A stretch of 64,000 nucleotides of DNA from Blastocladiella emersonii ATCC 22665 (lineage: Eukaryota; Fungi; Blastocladiomycota). The position numbers were made by a program, and so were the translations under genes. The stretch lies in NCBI GenBank assembly GCA_025594325.1, contig JANHCV010000002.1, forward strand, positions 2,666,001 to 2,730,000. Reading direction: 5' to 3'. Below, piece after piece: positions 20,951 to 33,434 of the stretch (the first letter of the stretch is position 1; each line of letters begins with the position of its first letter). The notes below the pieces were generated by a model. The model had not been told where the DNA came from. It made no database searches and saw nothing but the letters and a program-made list of their open reading frames with translations.

Positions 20951-22705
20951 CTACCCGCGCTTCTTGAGCGGCGGCGGCTGGTACTTGGTCCGTCGCGCGA
21001 GCGCGTCCGCGGGCTCGCCGAACCCACTTGCGTCCATAGCGGCGCCGGCCTTGGCGGCCGCGTTGCGGTGCGCGCGGTCCTCCTTGAGCTTGCGCTCGGC
21101 GCACGCGGGGATGTGGTTGGCCGCCGCGTCGGCGCTGAACTTGCGCCCGCACGACGGGCACGGCACGTAGTCGGCCGTCATGTCCATGGCGCGGATCCCG
21201 CCGCCTGTCACGGCCGGTTTCTACGTGCGCGGGTCGGTCAGTGTGTCACGTCGACGGGTCAGCCAGAGAGCGTACCTTCTTCCTGGGCGCAATCGGGGTA
21301 TCGCCAGGAAACCCACCCCCTCCCGACCCGCCTCCACTCCCCTTCCCACCGCCGCCGCCGGCCTTCTGCACAAACTTCTCGAGATCCGTGCCCTTGACAC
21401 GCATCGCCTGCGCGTTGTAGACGGGCCGCTTCTTGGCGTTGAGCTTGGCGCAGCTGACCTCGTGGTCGGCGACGCGGTCGGGCGCAAACTTGCGGGAGCA
21501 GATCGAGCACGGCACCCGCGAGTCGCCCGCGCCCGGCGGCGGGAGCGCTTCCGGGTCGTCGGGGACCAGGTACGCGGCGGGCGGGGGTTCGGGGGTGCCC
21601 GCGGTGCCTGGACGCGATGAGGGCGCGGCGGCGATGGGCTCGGCGGGAGCGGCGACGGGACGCGGCGGCGCTGCGGGTTTGGGTGCTGGCGGCGAGTTGG
21701 CGAGTGCGCGACGCGGCGGCGGCGGGTCTTGCCGCGCCGGTACGGGTGCGGGGGCAGCGCGCGGCGTCGACGGGACGTGCGCCGGCTCTGCGGCGTACTG
21801 CTGCTGCTGCGTCGGCGGGAGCGGGTACTGAGCCGGCGCACCAGCGGCGTACTGGTGCTGCGGCAGGAACTGCTGCTGGGGCTGCGGGGGCGAGCGACGG
21901 CGCGGGGTCGCGGCTGCTGGCGGGGTCGCGGCAGACTGCGGCGGGGCGGACAGGTTGGGCGCCGACGCGTAGTGCTGCAGCTGCGGCGGCGGGACGACGG
22001 CGGCCATAGGGGTCCGTGCCGAGCGCGCCGAGCCCGGGCAGGTGCGCAGGTGGCCGGGGAACTGGTGTGTCGCAATGTGTTGGAAGCCTACGGGGGAAGA
22101 GTCAGCGTGGAGTGTGGGAACAGAGTGAGAGAGAGGTCGTACAGTGCGCGCACGGGTGCGTGGGCGACTCGGACTCGAGCGCCGACATGGACCGGGCCGA
22201 CGCGGATGCGCCGACGGTGCGGCGGATACACCTGCATGCATGGTCAGCTATCACACGCGATACTCGCAGCACTCCCGAACACGTACTGTCGCTGGTGCAC
22301 GGGCAGCTTGGCGCGGTCGATCTTGTCGCCGCAGACGTGGCACGGGACCTGGGCGGACCGCGCGCGGCGGCGGCTCGACGTATCCGAGTCGAGCGACGAC
22401 GCGGACGACGTGCCCGAGTCGATGCGGCGCGGCGGCATCCCTCCCGCGGACTTGTCGCCCAGTCCGCCGCCGCCGAGGCCGTGGTGCGGCATGAGGGCCG
22501 GGTTGGACGTGTTGCTGGCCTGGAGCCACACGGGCGAGTCGCTTCCCCCACTGCCGCCGCGCGAGAGGGCGACCGGGACGTTGGGCAGCAGGGCGGCGGA
22601 CGGCGGGCGCGACGCCGGGATCGGGTGCAGGCGCACGACGCTGGCCGGGCGGCGCGGCAGCGCGGCGGCCGCCGGCGGGTCGAGGGACGGGGTTGCGGGC
22701 ATCAT
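20951..22705 (-). CDS. C2HC-type zinc finger protein (ZC2HC1/FAM164-like), multi-exon, four fingers
   Basis: Fingers VPCHVCGDKIDRAKLPVHQRQC, PCAHCFQHIATHQFPGHLRTC (after splicing), VPCSICSRKFAPDRVADHEVSC and VPCPSCGRKFSADAAANHIPAC. Confidence 0.8.
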
Positions 22706-23026
22706 GGCTGGTTCATTGCTCGGTGGTGGGGGAACGGGAAGAGAGGGAGGGGGAGCGCGCGGACGACGAAGCGGCGCGACGCGACGCGTTTCGGAGACAG
22801 GAGCGAAGCGGCGGACACGTGCGCGTGAGCTCGGTGGTCGCCGAGAGCAGCCGAGGAGCCGCCGGCTGACTGAGCGCTCGCGCCATCGCAGTGCTTCCGC
22901 TGATTAAACCTTGGGGACCGCTGAGGGGGGAGGGTTTTCGAGTGCGTGCGGCCGCGGGACTACAAAAGGCCGGCGCCGCCCGCGCTCCCGCCGCCTCTCC
23001 CTCCCAACCATCACCCGTAAACTGCA

Positions 23027-24190
23027 ATGACCACGACCGACCCGACCGCCTTCCGCGTCGCCCAGAAGGGCGTTCCCGGCGCCGCGACCGCCAAGTCCGC
23101 GGACACGCCGCTGCCGCCGCTGTTCCGCCCGCTGTCGCTGCGCGGCGTCGATCTGCCGAACCGCATCTCCGTGTCGCCCATGTGCATGTACTCGTCGCAG
23201 GACGGCTTCGCGACCGACTTCCACCTGGTGCACGTCGGCCAGTTCGCGGTGCGCGGCGTCGGCCTGACCATGATCGAGGCGACCGCCGTCGCGCCCGAGG
23301 GCCGCATCTCGCCGCAGGACCTGGGCATCTGGAAGGACGAGCACGTCGCCGGGCTCAAGCGCGTCACCGACTTTGTGCACAGCGTCAACGGCAAGGTGGC
23401 CATCCAGCTCGCGCACGCCGGCCGCAAGGCGTCGACCTACCCGCTGTTCCTCAAGGACGGCCGCAGCCTGGTCCCCGAGTCGGACGGCGGGTGGCCCGCG
23501 CAGGTCGTTGGGCCCTCGCCCGTGCAGTGGTCCGACTACATGGCGCAGCCGCACGAGCTGACCGTCGCCGAGATCCAGCGCCTGGTGCGCGATTTCGGCG
23601 AAGCCGCGCGCCGGTCCGAGCTCGCCGGGTTCGACGTGGTCGAGATCCACGGCGCCCACGGCTACCTCATCCACCAGTTCCTCTCCCCGCTCTCGAACCA
23701 CCGCACCGACGCGTACGGCGGCTCGCTCGAGAATCGCGCCCGGTTCCTGACCGAGGTCGTGGCCGCGGTCCGCGCCAACTGGCCCGAGACCAAGCCCGTC
23801 TTCCTGCGCCTGTCGTGCACCGACTGGGTCGAGTCGTCGTCGTGGGACATCCAGGAGGTGACCGAGGTCGTCAAGCTCGTGGCCGCGCTCGGCGTCGACG
23901 TCGTCGACTGCTCGACGGGCGGCAACCACCCGTCGCAGCAGATCAAGTACGGGCCGGGGTTCCAGGTGACCTACGCCGACCAGCTCAAGCGCGCCGTGCC
24001 GGGCATACACACGATCGCCGTCGGCGCCATCACCACGCCCGAGCAGGCCAACACCGTGGTTGCTGAGGGACAGGCCGATATCGTCATGATGGCCCGCCCG
24101 TTCCTCCGCGACTCGTGGGTCGCCCACGCCGCCAACGCGCTCGATGTCGACCTCGTCTACCTCAACCAGTACGAGCGCGGACGCCTGTAA
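23027..24190 (+). CDS. NADH:flavin oxidoreductase / Old Yellow Enzyme (YqjM/NamA-like)
   Basis: Motifs NRISVSPMCMYSS, EATAVAPEGRISPQDLGIW, IQLAHAGRKAS and EIHGAHGYLIHQFLSPLSNHRTDAYGGSLENRARF; intronless. Confidence 0.95.
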   Translation: MTTTDPTAFRVAQKGVPGAATAKSADTPLPPLFRPLSLRGVDLPNRISVSPMCMYSSQDGFATDFHLVHVGQFAVRGVGLTMIEATAVAPEGRISPQDLGIWKDEHVAGLKRVTDFVHSVNGKVAIQLAHAGRKASTYPLFLKDGRSLVPESDGGWPAQVVGPSPVQWSDYMAQPHELTVAEIQRLVRDFGEAARRSELAGFDVVEIHGAHGYLIHQFLSPLSNHRTDAYGGSLENRARFLTEVVAAVRANWPETKPVFLRLSCTDWVESSSWDIQEVTEVVKLVAALGVDVVDCSTGGNHPSQQIKYGPGFQVTYADQLKRAVPGIHTIAVGAITTPEQANTVVAEGQADIVMMARPFLRDSWVAHAANALDVDLVYLNQYERGRL

Positions 24191-24224
24191 GACTGATATA
24201 CATTTGCCATGTTTGCTCTCTACA

Positions 24225-25972
24225 CTACTCGCCCTTGCTGCTGCTGCCCTCGGCGTCGAGAATCCGCTGCGCCTCGTTGATCACCTGCTCGTCATCCGGG
24301 TTCGGCAGCGGCGCGAGGAACACGCGCTCTTCCCCCTCCCCCGCCTCCCCCTCCTTGCGCGGCGTGCTCTCGAGCCACTGCTCGATCACCGGCACCACGT
24401 CGTCATCCAAATCAATCCCGGCGCCCGGCGCGGGGACCACCAGCACCCCCTCGCCCGCCGCCGTTGCGCGCGCCGCCCAGTACTTGAAGTGCGTGACGTG
24501 CACGCGGTCCTCGGCCTTGGGCACCAGGAGCTCGAGCGCGCGGTCGATGTCGGCGCGCGATGTGCCGCGCGCGTGCAGCAGGTACGTCGACTCGGGGCAC
24601 ACGCGCAGGTCGGCGCACATGTGCAGGACCTGGACCGCGTGTGCGGTGGCGTCGGTGGGCGGAGGCGGGACGACGAACAGGGCGAGTTTCGCGTCGTCGC
24701 GGACTGGGGCGCGGGTCACGAGGACCGCCATGTGCGTCGCCTCGTCCTCTATTTTGGGGGATTCGACCGGCGTGACGAGCCCGGGGAGCTCGACCGTCGG
24801 GTCGACGACGACGCGAGGCGCCGTGAACGCATGCGGCGGGTGGTTGGGCCCGTCGAGCTGCATGCCGAGGGTCCAGGTATCCCCAGAACGGGTGAGGGAC
24901 GCGATCGGGCGGCCGAGAATGTACACGCCCCCGTAGACGGCGGCGACGCGGCACAGGGACTGCGCGAGCTCGCTGCCGCCGCCGTACATGGACGCGAGGA
25001 ACGGCGAGTTGCCGAACCGGCCCAGCGCGCTGAGGTACTTGCGCGTGCGCGCGAGGCCGGCGGAGGCGGTGGCTACTCGCGAAAGGTGAGTGTGCTGGTT
25101 AGAGTGTGAGAGTGAGGAAGTAGTAGTACCCTTGGAACTGTCGCCCGTGAGCATCGCGACGCCGTACGCAAACACGTCCTCGAGCGTGTCGCGCAGGTCG
25201 TTGGCGTGGAGGTACTCGCGGAAGCTGGTCGTCTCCATGCCCTCCTCCCCCTCCGCCCCAGCTGCCGCCGCGGCCGCGGGATCGAGGTTCGTGTTGAAGA
25301 ACTTCATCAGCCGGCGCTTGTCCATGAGCGAGATGGTCTTGGACGAGAACACGTCCTCCTTGCTCGCGGGCACGCGCTCCGTCGCCGCTGCGCCCGCACC
25401 CGTGGTGCCGGTGCGGTTCAGGTGGATGAAGCTGCCCTCGAGCAGCTTGAAGTCGAGGTGCCGCCCCACGCCCGTGGTGCTGAACAGATCGACCACCGCG
25501 CTCTGGCAGTACAGCAGCTTCGGGCACAGCTCGATGGCGAAGGCGCGCGCGTCTGGTTCGTGGGAGCGGGTCAGTTGGCGTGCGAGGAGCCGTGGAGGGG
25601 GAAGCGTACCGCGGTCCGAGAACTCGGCGGTTCCGTGGTGCTCAAAGTCGGAGAAGCCCGCAAACGACTCCTCTACACAACTTGCTCGTCAGCGACTCGA
25701 TCGTCCCCACTCGGGCCCGTCAAACGTACTCCCGTCCTCGCCGCCGAGCGCAACAAACTCCGGCCACGTGAAGCTCGCGAGGGCGCCGCCGTACGCCCCG
25801 CTCGGGCTGACGTGCAGCACCTTGTCGCCGCGGCGGGCGTGTGCGCTACCATCAATGTCGGGGTGTTAGGTTCACCCTCCGAGGCGAGGATCGGCCGGCC
25901 GTACGCGGCAACGAGCGACTGCGCGAGCCCGGTCCCGACGACGATCACGTCAAACTGGTCTTCTGGATCCAT
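24225..25972 (-). CDS. MRS6: Rab escort protein (REP/Mrs6, GDI family), multi-exon
   Basis: N-terminus MDPEDQFDVIVVGTGLAQSLVAA...YGG; motifs ISLMDKRRLMKF and SALGRFGNSPFLASMYGGGSELAQSLCRVAAVYGGVYIL. REP is favoured over GDI on the GG.SEL.Q.LCR.AAV pattern. Confidence 0.85.
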
Positions 25973-26216
25973 GGGTGCGGATGCAGCAAGAGACTCGCGG
26001 TGGTCAGAGTTGCATGGGTTGCGAGTGCAAGGGCGGGAGGGAGCGGTGGTGGCGAGGGTGGCGCGACGCCAACCCGCGCCGGCGACCACCGACCACCGCG
26101 ACCGCCGCGACGCTGACCAAGACGAGGACATCGAGCATGGATATTTACACGGGGGCGCAATGACAAAACAGGACTGAAGCAGGAAAATGTACAACTTGCA
26201 GACGCAGGGTCGCGTC

Positions 26217-28316
26217 TCAAATACTCGCGGGCCGCGGGACGCCGGGATCCTCGCCGCCGCGCGCGTTCGCGTGCCCGTGCCCATGGCCGTGGTGGTGGCC
26301 ACGGTCATGCTGGTGCTGCCGCGCGTCGCGCGAGTCGGCGCGCGTTTCGGGCCGGGGCACAGCCTCGACGTCGTCGTCGGCGGTCCCGACCGCCTCGATC
26401 GTGCCCACACACTTCATGTTCCCGGCCCTTCCCTCGCGCGCGAGCAGGGTTGCGCCAACGGCGAGGTACTCTGGGTGGTTGAGGAAGCGGAACCGGACCC
26501 GTGCGCGGTCGCCCGTGCGCACGCGGCGGTCGCGCTCGACCCACACGACGCGCGCGGCCTGGCGCACGCTGCCGCAGTAGATGACGGCCGTCTGCGGCGG
26601 CGCCAGCTCCGTCGCGTGGTACAGCATGTGCAGCTGCACGTCCAGCGTCCAGCTCGCGCGCGCGTCGCCCGGGTTCGAGAGCAGGACCATGCCGCGGCGC
26701 AGCGTTGGGGGTGTTGCGGCGGCCTCGTCGTCGCCCGTGAACGAGATGGCGAGCGTCGCCGACTGCCCGGCCTTGACAAACTGGACGGGCCGGCAGAACC
26801 GGTGGATCGACTTGACGCGGACGGCGCGGTACCGGCCGTCCTCGAACGGGCCGAGCAGGAGCGCCTGGTGCTGGAGCCGCGCCGTGGTCACGGTGCCGGC
26901 GAGGACCTGGCCGCCAATCACGGTGCCGACGGTCGGCACCTCGTACACGTCGCGGACCTGGAACTGCAGGTCCATGAACCCGCGCGCCTCGGCGTCGGCC
27001 GCGGGCGGCACCTGCAGCAGGTTGAGGAACTTGACAAGCAGCGGCACGTTGGCGCCCGTGACGCTGCTGCACAGGAAGATGGGCACCACGGCGCCGCCGC
27101 CCATGTGCGGCATGGTCGCGACCAGGTCGTCCTCGTTCTTGACGATGATGGGCACCAGCCGGGTGCCGGGCCCCTTGAGCATGCCGACGAGCGTGGCGAG
27201 CGTGTTGCGCACCTGCTCGGGCGGCGTGGCGTCGATCTTGGTCACGACAATGAACAGCGGGATGCGCAAGACCAGGATGAGCCCGAGGTGCTCGCGCGTG
27301 ATGTCGCCCGAGTGCGCCGCGTTGACGACGAGCATGGCGTAGTGCGGGCGCGCCGCCGTGATCCCGGCCAGCGTCGTCGGCAGGTACCGCGAGTGCCCGC
27401 ACGTGTCGAGCAGCGTCACGATCTTGGACGACCGCTCGCAGATGTGCTGCGGCGTCTGCACCGACGGCGTCGCAAAGTTGATGAGCCGGCCCTCCGAGTC
27501 GAACCCGACCAGCTCGTGCGAGATGGAGCTCGTGCGCCCGCTCTCGAGCTCGTGCTTGTGGTTGAAGGCGCGCGAGCGGGCGCGGCCGAACCCGTTGTCC
27601 GTCTCCGAGTGCGTTAGCACGCCGAGGATCGTGCTCTTGCCTACATTCACACGTCAGCACGAGGATCTCGGGCACATCCCGTAAACATCGCGTACCAGCG
27701 TCGGACCCGCCCATGAGCGCAATCTGGATCTCGAGAAAGTGCTCCTCCTCGAACCGCTTGCGCACGAGCACCTCAACGACGGTGCGCTCGGGCTCGCCGC
27801 CGCCGGCGGCGGGCGACGCGGTGCCGGGCACGGCGCGCTTGCGCACAATCGAGCAGTCGGCCGACGCCTTCTCGGCCATGGTCTGCAGCGTGCGCAGCGA
27901 CTCGGCCAGATCGGCTTGAGACAGGCCCACGAGCTGGCCGTTGTCGGCAATCCCGATCTCGTACTACGCGGAGCGCGGCGGTGAGAGGATTAGGAGGGGA
28001 GTTGAGAGGGGCCATCGCGAGAAGGGAGGGGAAGGCGTACCAGCGCCTCGCCGCTGCCCTCGGATAGCCGCCACTTCATCTGCGTGACGAGGTGCTCGAG
28101 GCGGTCGGCCGGGATGTTGACGAGCTTGAGCTACGGGTTCGTGACGGGGGTGTGAGAAGGGCGAGCACGTTCGCGGGTGTGAGAGCAAAGGCACACCTTG
28201 TACTCGATGTTGCCCTCCTCGACCTCAGGCGGCAGGCCCTCCTCGCTGCTGTGCTTGCCGAGGAAGCCGCCTCCTCGTGCAGCTATCCGCGACATGTCGT
28301 TGGTCGTCTTGAACAT
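26217..28316 (-). CDS. GTPBP2: GTP-binding protein 2 (GTPBP1/2 translational GTPase), multi-exon
   Basis: Motifs LPPEVEEGNIEYK, HLVTQMKWRL.EG.GEA, GKSTILGVLTH.ETDNGFGRARSRAFNHKHELESGRTSSIS and LLDTCGH; C-terminal beta-barrel with RVRFRF...PEYL. Confidence 0.92.
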
Positions 28317-29553
28317 GGCGGCAGCGGTGGCGAGGTGGAGGGGTGACGGTGGTGGTGGGAAAGGGCGGGTTGCGGTGGCGGTCGAGGGGAAGGCAATGGA
28401 TGCGGGAACGCTCGCGAGCGGCTTAGGGTGTAGCGATGTAGTATCAGGTACTCGGTCGGTCGGTTGGGGAGAGAGAAAGGAGGGTGGACCCAGGGCGGGG
28501 AGCTAAATAGGTGCGGAGCGAAGGGGACTCGGCCAGAGGCCAGACACATCACACACCCGCAGGATCGCAGTCGGCCGCGGCGGGTACGAGCGCCGGCCCG
28601 TGTCTTGGAAGCTCCATTGCGCGCAGTGGTCGGTGATCCGCCGCCACTAGCGTAATACGGCTCGGCGTCTCACCCGCGGCGGGGGGCGGCCGGGCGGGCC
28701 ACCGCGTGCCATGCGGGCGACGGCGCGCGCCGGGAGTCGCGTCGGATGCAGCTGCACGTGCGTCTGCGTCACCTGACGCACGGCGCGCGCTTTTCGAGCC
28801 TGGGTGGCTCAGTCCCTCCACGTCGCGTCCCACGAGGCTTCTTGGCCGCGGCACTCGATGCAGCGGGCGCTCGTTGCGGTTGCTTGCCTCGCGGATGAGT
28901 CAGTTGGTGACCCAACGTCACGATGGCCATCGTCATCCCGCCGCGCCCGCTTGGCAGCGGTCCTCGTCCGTGTCCAAGCGAGATTACCGCTGCATCGAGT
29001 TGTGACTGGCACAGGGCTTCTGCTCTTTGAAATCGAGCTGAGGTTTGAGTCAATCGTCAGCCTCGGGCCACGAGCTGGGAGGCGATGGCCACGGCGGGCA
29101 GTCCTCCCGGCAGTCCTCGCGTGTCAACTCGGCACTGGAGCTCGCATTCCTCGAGAAGAACGGTCGTATGACCTTGCTGCTGCTCGGCCTTGGCCACGGC
29201 CGCCGTCATGGGCTACAGCGCGCACGCTGGCGCACCTCCGAGCGGGACCGAGGCGGAGGTCGTTGAGCTCGGGCCGGAAACGACCCATCTACGCGACGAT
29301 TCCCCACTACAACCTTCTCTACCAACCTGAGCACATTCGCGACGCTCTCGCCCTATTCAGCAGTGGTGGACCGCGATCCAAATGGGAGTGATTCCGATCA
29401 CCGGTCACATGCCGCCGCCAATATTTTCTCTCCACGCCGTCGCGGGCCCGCGCCTCTGCCGATCCCGCTCCTCCCTTGCCCGCACCCTTACTCGCCTCCC
29501 TCGCAACGATCGTCCATTTAACTTGCTGCAAGCACCAGCCCACCACCTGCACC

Positions 29554-30024
29554 ATGTCGTTCCGCGCGCCGCTCTCCAACGCCATCAAGGAGATCCGCAT
29601 CCACCTGTGCCAGACCGGCGCGGGCAGTGCTGGCGTCCGGTAGGATCACGCTTCCCTTGCTTTATGCCACCCACCATGCTATCGACAACCATGAATGATG
29701 AATGATGATGAATCGGCATGCTCACGACTTTGCCGACCCCTGCGTGTAACCGCCGCTGCAGCTCGTTCCTGTCCAAGGAGTACCTCGCCATCAAGCAGGC
29801 CAACCCCGCCCTGCCCATCCTGATCCGCGAGGCCCGCGGTGTCGAGGCTCGCGCCTTTGCCCGCTACGGTGCGTTTGCCACTCTCGGCACCAACGTCCCG
29901 CCGCACCCGTCCTCATCCCAGACCGCCGGTTGTAGATCTCGGCGCCGAGAAGAAGGTCAGCCTGGAGAACCTCGACGAGTCGCGCGTCGCCGCCAAGCTC
30001 GCCGAGCTCAACAACGCCAACTAG
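29554..30024 (+). CDS. NDUFA2: Complex I subunit NDUFA2 (B8), 3 exons
   Basis: Introns 29640..29761 and 29869..29935 give [42 protein letters not shown]...ARYDLGAEKKVSL. Confidence 0.92.
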
Positions 30025-30124
30025 ACCTCTACTCTCGCATGTCTACAGCCCACCCCACATTTCCGTTTCGTCGATACAGGCTTCGTTTTATTCACAGTCT
30101 ATCATCGCCTTCTCCGCGCACTCA

Positions 30125-33122
30125 TCAACTCTCCCCGCTGCCGCCGTGCGAGCTCGGTGGCCGCTGCACCGGCGTCGCCGTCCCGCTTTCGGCCGTCGCG
30201 GGCATGGGCGACGCGCGCGCCGACGGTGTCCGCCGGGCCGCCGATGCCGGGCGCGTCGACCGCGGCCGCGAGGGTGGTTCCGAGCGCGGGAGCGGGACAC
30301 TGGACCCGAGCTGGAGCGCGTCCGCGTCGCCGAGCGGCTTAGGTTCGCTCGCGCCATCACCGCCGCTGGGCGCGCGCGGGAGAGCAATCGCGTCTGCGCT
30401 CCCGTGCACCGCGGCGAGGTCCGGCTGCAGTCGCGCGGCGAGTGCGACCTCGCTCGCCGTGACCGGGTGCTCGTCGGGCTCCCCGAGATCGTTCGTGAGC
30501 ACGCGCAGTGTGTCCTCGGGGACGGGGACCTCGGCGCCCGCGACGCCGAGCCGCGACTCGACGTCGGCCAGCGTCCCGTAGATGGCGCGGTGCGCCGCGA
30601 GCAGGTGCCGCTGCTGGCTCGTCGCCACCTGGTCGCGCATCATGCGCCGCTCCGTCTCGGGGAACAGGAACGACGAGACCAGGTTCGACACGAGCGCCGT
30701 CGGGTTCGCGGGCGCGGTACCGGCGGTGGTTTCGTCCGCGTCCTGGGCCTCGCGGGACGGCAAGTTGGCAGCGGCCCGCGCGGCCTGCGCAGCGGCCGAG
30801 TCCTTGTCCATGCCCGCGATCCCGGCGGCCGTGACAGCCTCGTCGGCGGCCCCCGAGGCGACGGCCGAGTTGAACCGCTCAACGGCGTCCCGGACACGTT
30901 CGCGGGCGCGCATTTCGGCGGCGTCGGCCACACCCGTGAGCACCACGTCCTCGAGGAACGAGTCGACGGTTTCCTGGTGGACGCGGAGGACCTGGCGGAA
31001 CAGGTGGTCCTCGGCCTCGCGGCGCGCGAGCTCGCGCTGGCGCATCCCGGACTCCTGGGCCTCGCGCATGCGACGCGTACGCTCGGCGAGCTTCGCGAGC
31101 GCGGCGAGCCGCCGCTGGTCCTCGAGCCGCCGCAGCTCCTTGTCCAGGTAGTCGAACTGCTGCCCGACGTACGCCGCCTGCACGTGGTCCTCGAATAGTT
31201 GCGCCTCGCGCTCCGCCGCCGTCTCGACCGGTTTGCCCGTCAGGTGCGCGGGACCCGGCGCGCCGCCGTGTGCGGGCGCGGCGCCGTGCGACGTCGTCGG
31301 GCGCGACAGGCCGGGTAGCGCCATGGACGACCCGCTCCCGCCGCCCGCGGCGCCGTCGGGTCCACCGGCCGCCGCCGCCGCGGCTTCGACGGCAAGCCGC
31401 ATCCGCTCCTCTTCGCGGGCCTCGGCGGCGGCGGCGCGCGCGAGCTCGAGCTCGAGGCGCAGCTCGTTGATGAGGTCCTGGCGCTTGGCCTTGCCGAGGT
31501 GCATGGCGTCCTGCTCGGCGCGGCCGCGGAGCCACCGCTGGATGAGCAGCGCGCGCTGGTGGCGGTTCTCCTCCTCCTCGTCGATCGGCTCGGTCGTCGG
31601 CGTCGGCGCCCGCGGCACGGGTTTCGGGACCGCGCGCAGGAACCGCAGCGGGCGCGCCAGCACTTCCTCGGCGTGCTTCATGGCCTTGAGTTTGGCGTCC
31701 ATCTGGTCCAGCTGCAGCAGCATCTGCGCCTCGCGCCGTGCCGCGGGGGTCTGGATCATCTTGACGGCCGGCGGCGCGAGCGACGCCTGCGTGACGGTGG
31801 GAGGGAACAGCGACTCGAGCTGCACCAGGCTGTCGAAGGGCGCGCGGCCCGCGGCGGCCGCGATGGCCGCGGCCGTTGTCGCGTTCACCGACCCGCCGCC
31901 CGCCGGACCCGTCGCCACGCCAGGACCAGCACCAGCGGCAATCGCGGCGTTGGACGACCCGGCATCGAGCGGGTTGAGCACGGCACGGGTGAGCGTGCGC
32001 TTGGTGTGGAGCGAGTCCATGACCGACTGGGTGTGGGTCGGGATCCCGTCGCGGGCCTTGGGGAGGTAGACGGGGCTGGTGTAGGACGCGTACTCGGCGA
32101 TGATATCGCGCTTGGGCCGGGTGCCCTCGACGTGCTTGCGCTTCTCGGCGAGCTTGCGGAGCTCCTTGGCGCGTCTTGCGTCGATCTTGGCCTTGAGCGC
32201 GTCCTTTTCCGCGAGCTTGCGCTGCCAGATGTGGTGCATGCGGGCGGCGGCCTGGCGCTCGTTCTCGTCGGCGCGCGCGTGGAGGACCTTCGCGAGCACG
32301 GCCAGCCGCCGGTCCTGCAGCCGCTTGATCTCGCGCTCGCGCTCCTCCCACTCCTGCAGCTCCATGGCCTCCATCATCCGCAGGCGTTGCTGGAAGCTCG
32401 CCTCGTCGCGGACCTCGGGCAGCGTCGCCTCCCACGCGCGTTTCGCGCGGGCGCGCTCGATCATCTCGATCTCGGGGACGCCCGCGGGGAGCCCGGCGCG
32501 GTGCGTCAAGTGCGCGAGCGCGAGGATCTCGGGGCGCACCGTCCCCGCCGTCACCACGTACTCGGGCGAGTACGGGTCCGTCTGCGCCTCGGACTCGCGG
32601 TACAGCGTCTGCACGCCGACGCTGACGGGCGCCGCGGGGAGCGCCGCGGCGTCCAGTTCCGCGCCAGGCGCGGCCGAGTCGGCGCGCTGCACGGGCCCGC
32701 CGTCGTTGGGCTGGCGCACGTACACGAGCTGGCCGCCCGGGTTCTCCGTGTAGGGGATGAGCGGCTTGCGGAAGTACTTGTATCGATTGGCGCCCGTGAC
32801 CTGCGGCTGCGCGTCGATGGGCACGTAGCGGTTCTGGCCAATGTTCGGGTCGAGGTGCGACACGCGGATCTGCAGCGAGTGCGGCGGGTGCGTCGGCACC
32901 TGCGAGAACATGTTGCCGTAGTTGGGCACGATCACGGCACGCACGTTCTGCGCCTTGGACCACGCGTGCATGTGGTCCCGGTAGCATGATACCGTGTACA
33001 GCGGGTCTAGTTTACGGATGAGGTTAGAGGTGGTCGTGGGATCGCGGGTGACGAGGCGGTGCGGTACCATAGAGGTAGTCCTGCGGCCGGCTGGCCTGGA
33101 CCCTCGTCGACGTGATGGACAT
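30125..33122 (-). CDS. CFAP91: Cilia- and flagella-associated protein 91 (MAATS1-like)
   Basis: Exon 1 MSITSTRVQASRPQDYLY is spliced to DPLYTVS. Motifs VGVQTLYRESEAQTDPYSPEY, GLPAGVPEIEMIERARAKRAWEATLP and an IQ-like LIQRWLRGRA. Confidence 0.9.
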
Positions 33123-33434
33123 GGTGGTAGCGGGTTACGTGTTGCGCTCACTCCTCGGGGTCAATGATTCATGGTTTCACGATGTGGTTGCGTTGAGTTC
33201 GTGACGTCGCGATCCGCCTCGTCGACGAGAGGGCGCGCGGGTGGAGACACAGAAGTGCGAGACGCGTCTCGCGCCTGTCACGCGGCCGCACGCGTGTGTT
33301 CGAGTGAGTCCCGCCGCGTCTCGCGATGAGCCACTCGTGTCGGCGCGCCGATCCCGCTTCCGTTCTCCATAAAGCCCATGCGCGGCGGTCCGACCTCGGA
33401 CTCTATGCAACCCACGCACTGAACCCTGCCCAGC

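Noticed and set aside
23027-24190. Intronless YqjM-type OYE as a recent bacterial HGT
   Set aside because: This subfamily is known in fungi, codon usage matches the host, and other native genes here are also intronless; a phylogeny would be needed.
29691-29712. ATGATGA box-C-like motifs in the long first intron of NDUFA2, suggesting an intronic snoRNA
   Set aside because: No downstream CTGA box D or terminal stem; better explained as an (ATG/ATGA)n micro-repeat.
33240-33300. ACGCGT (MCB-like) sites upstream of RAD9
   Set aside because: CGCG-containing hexamers are abundant throughout this window, so there is no evidence of enrichment.
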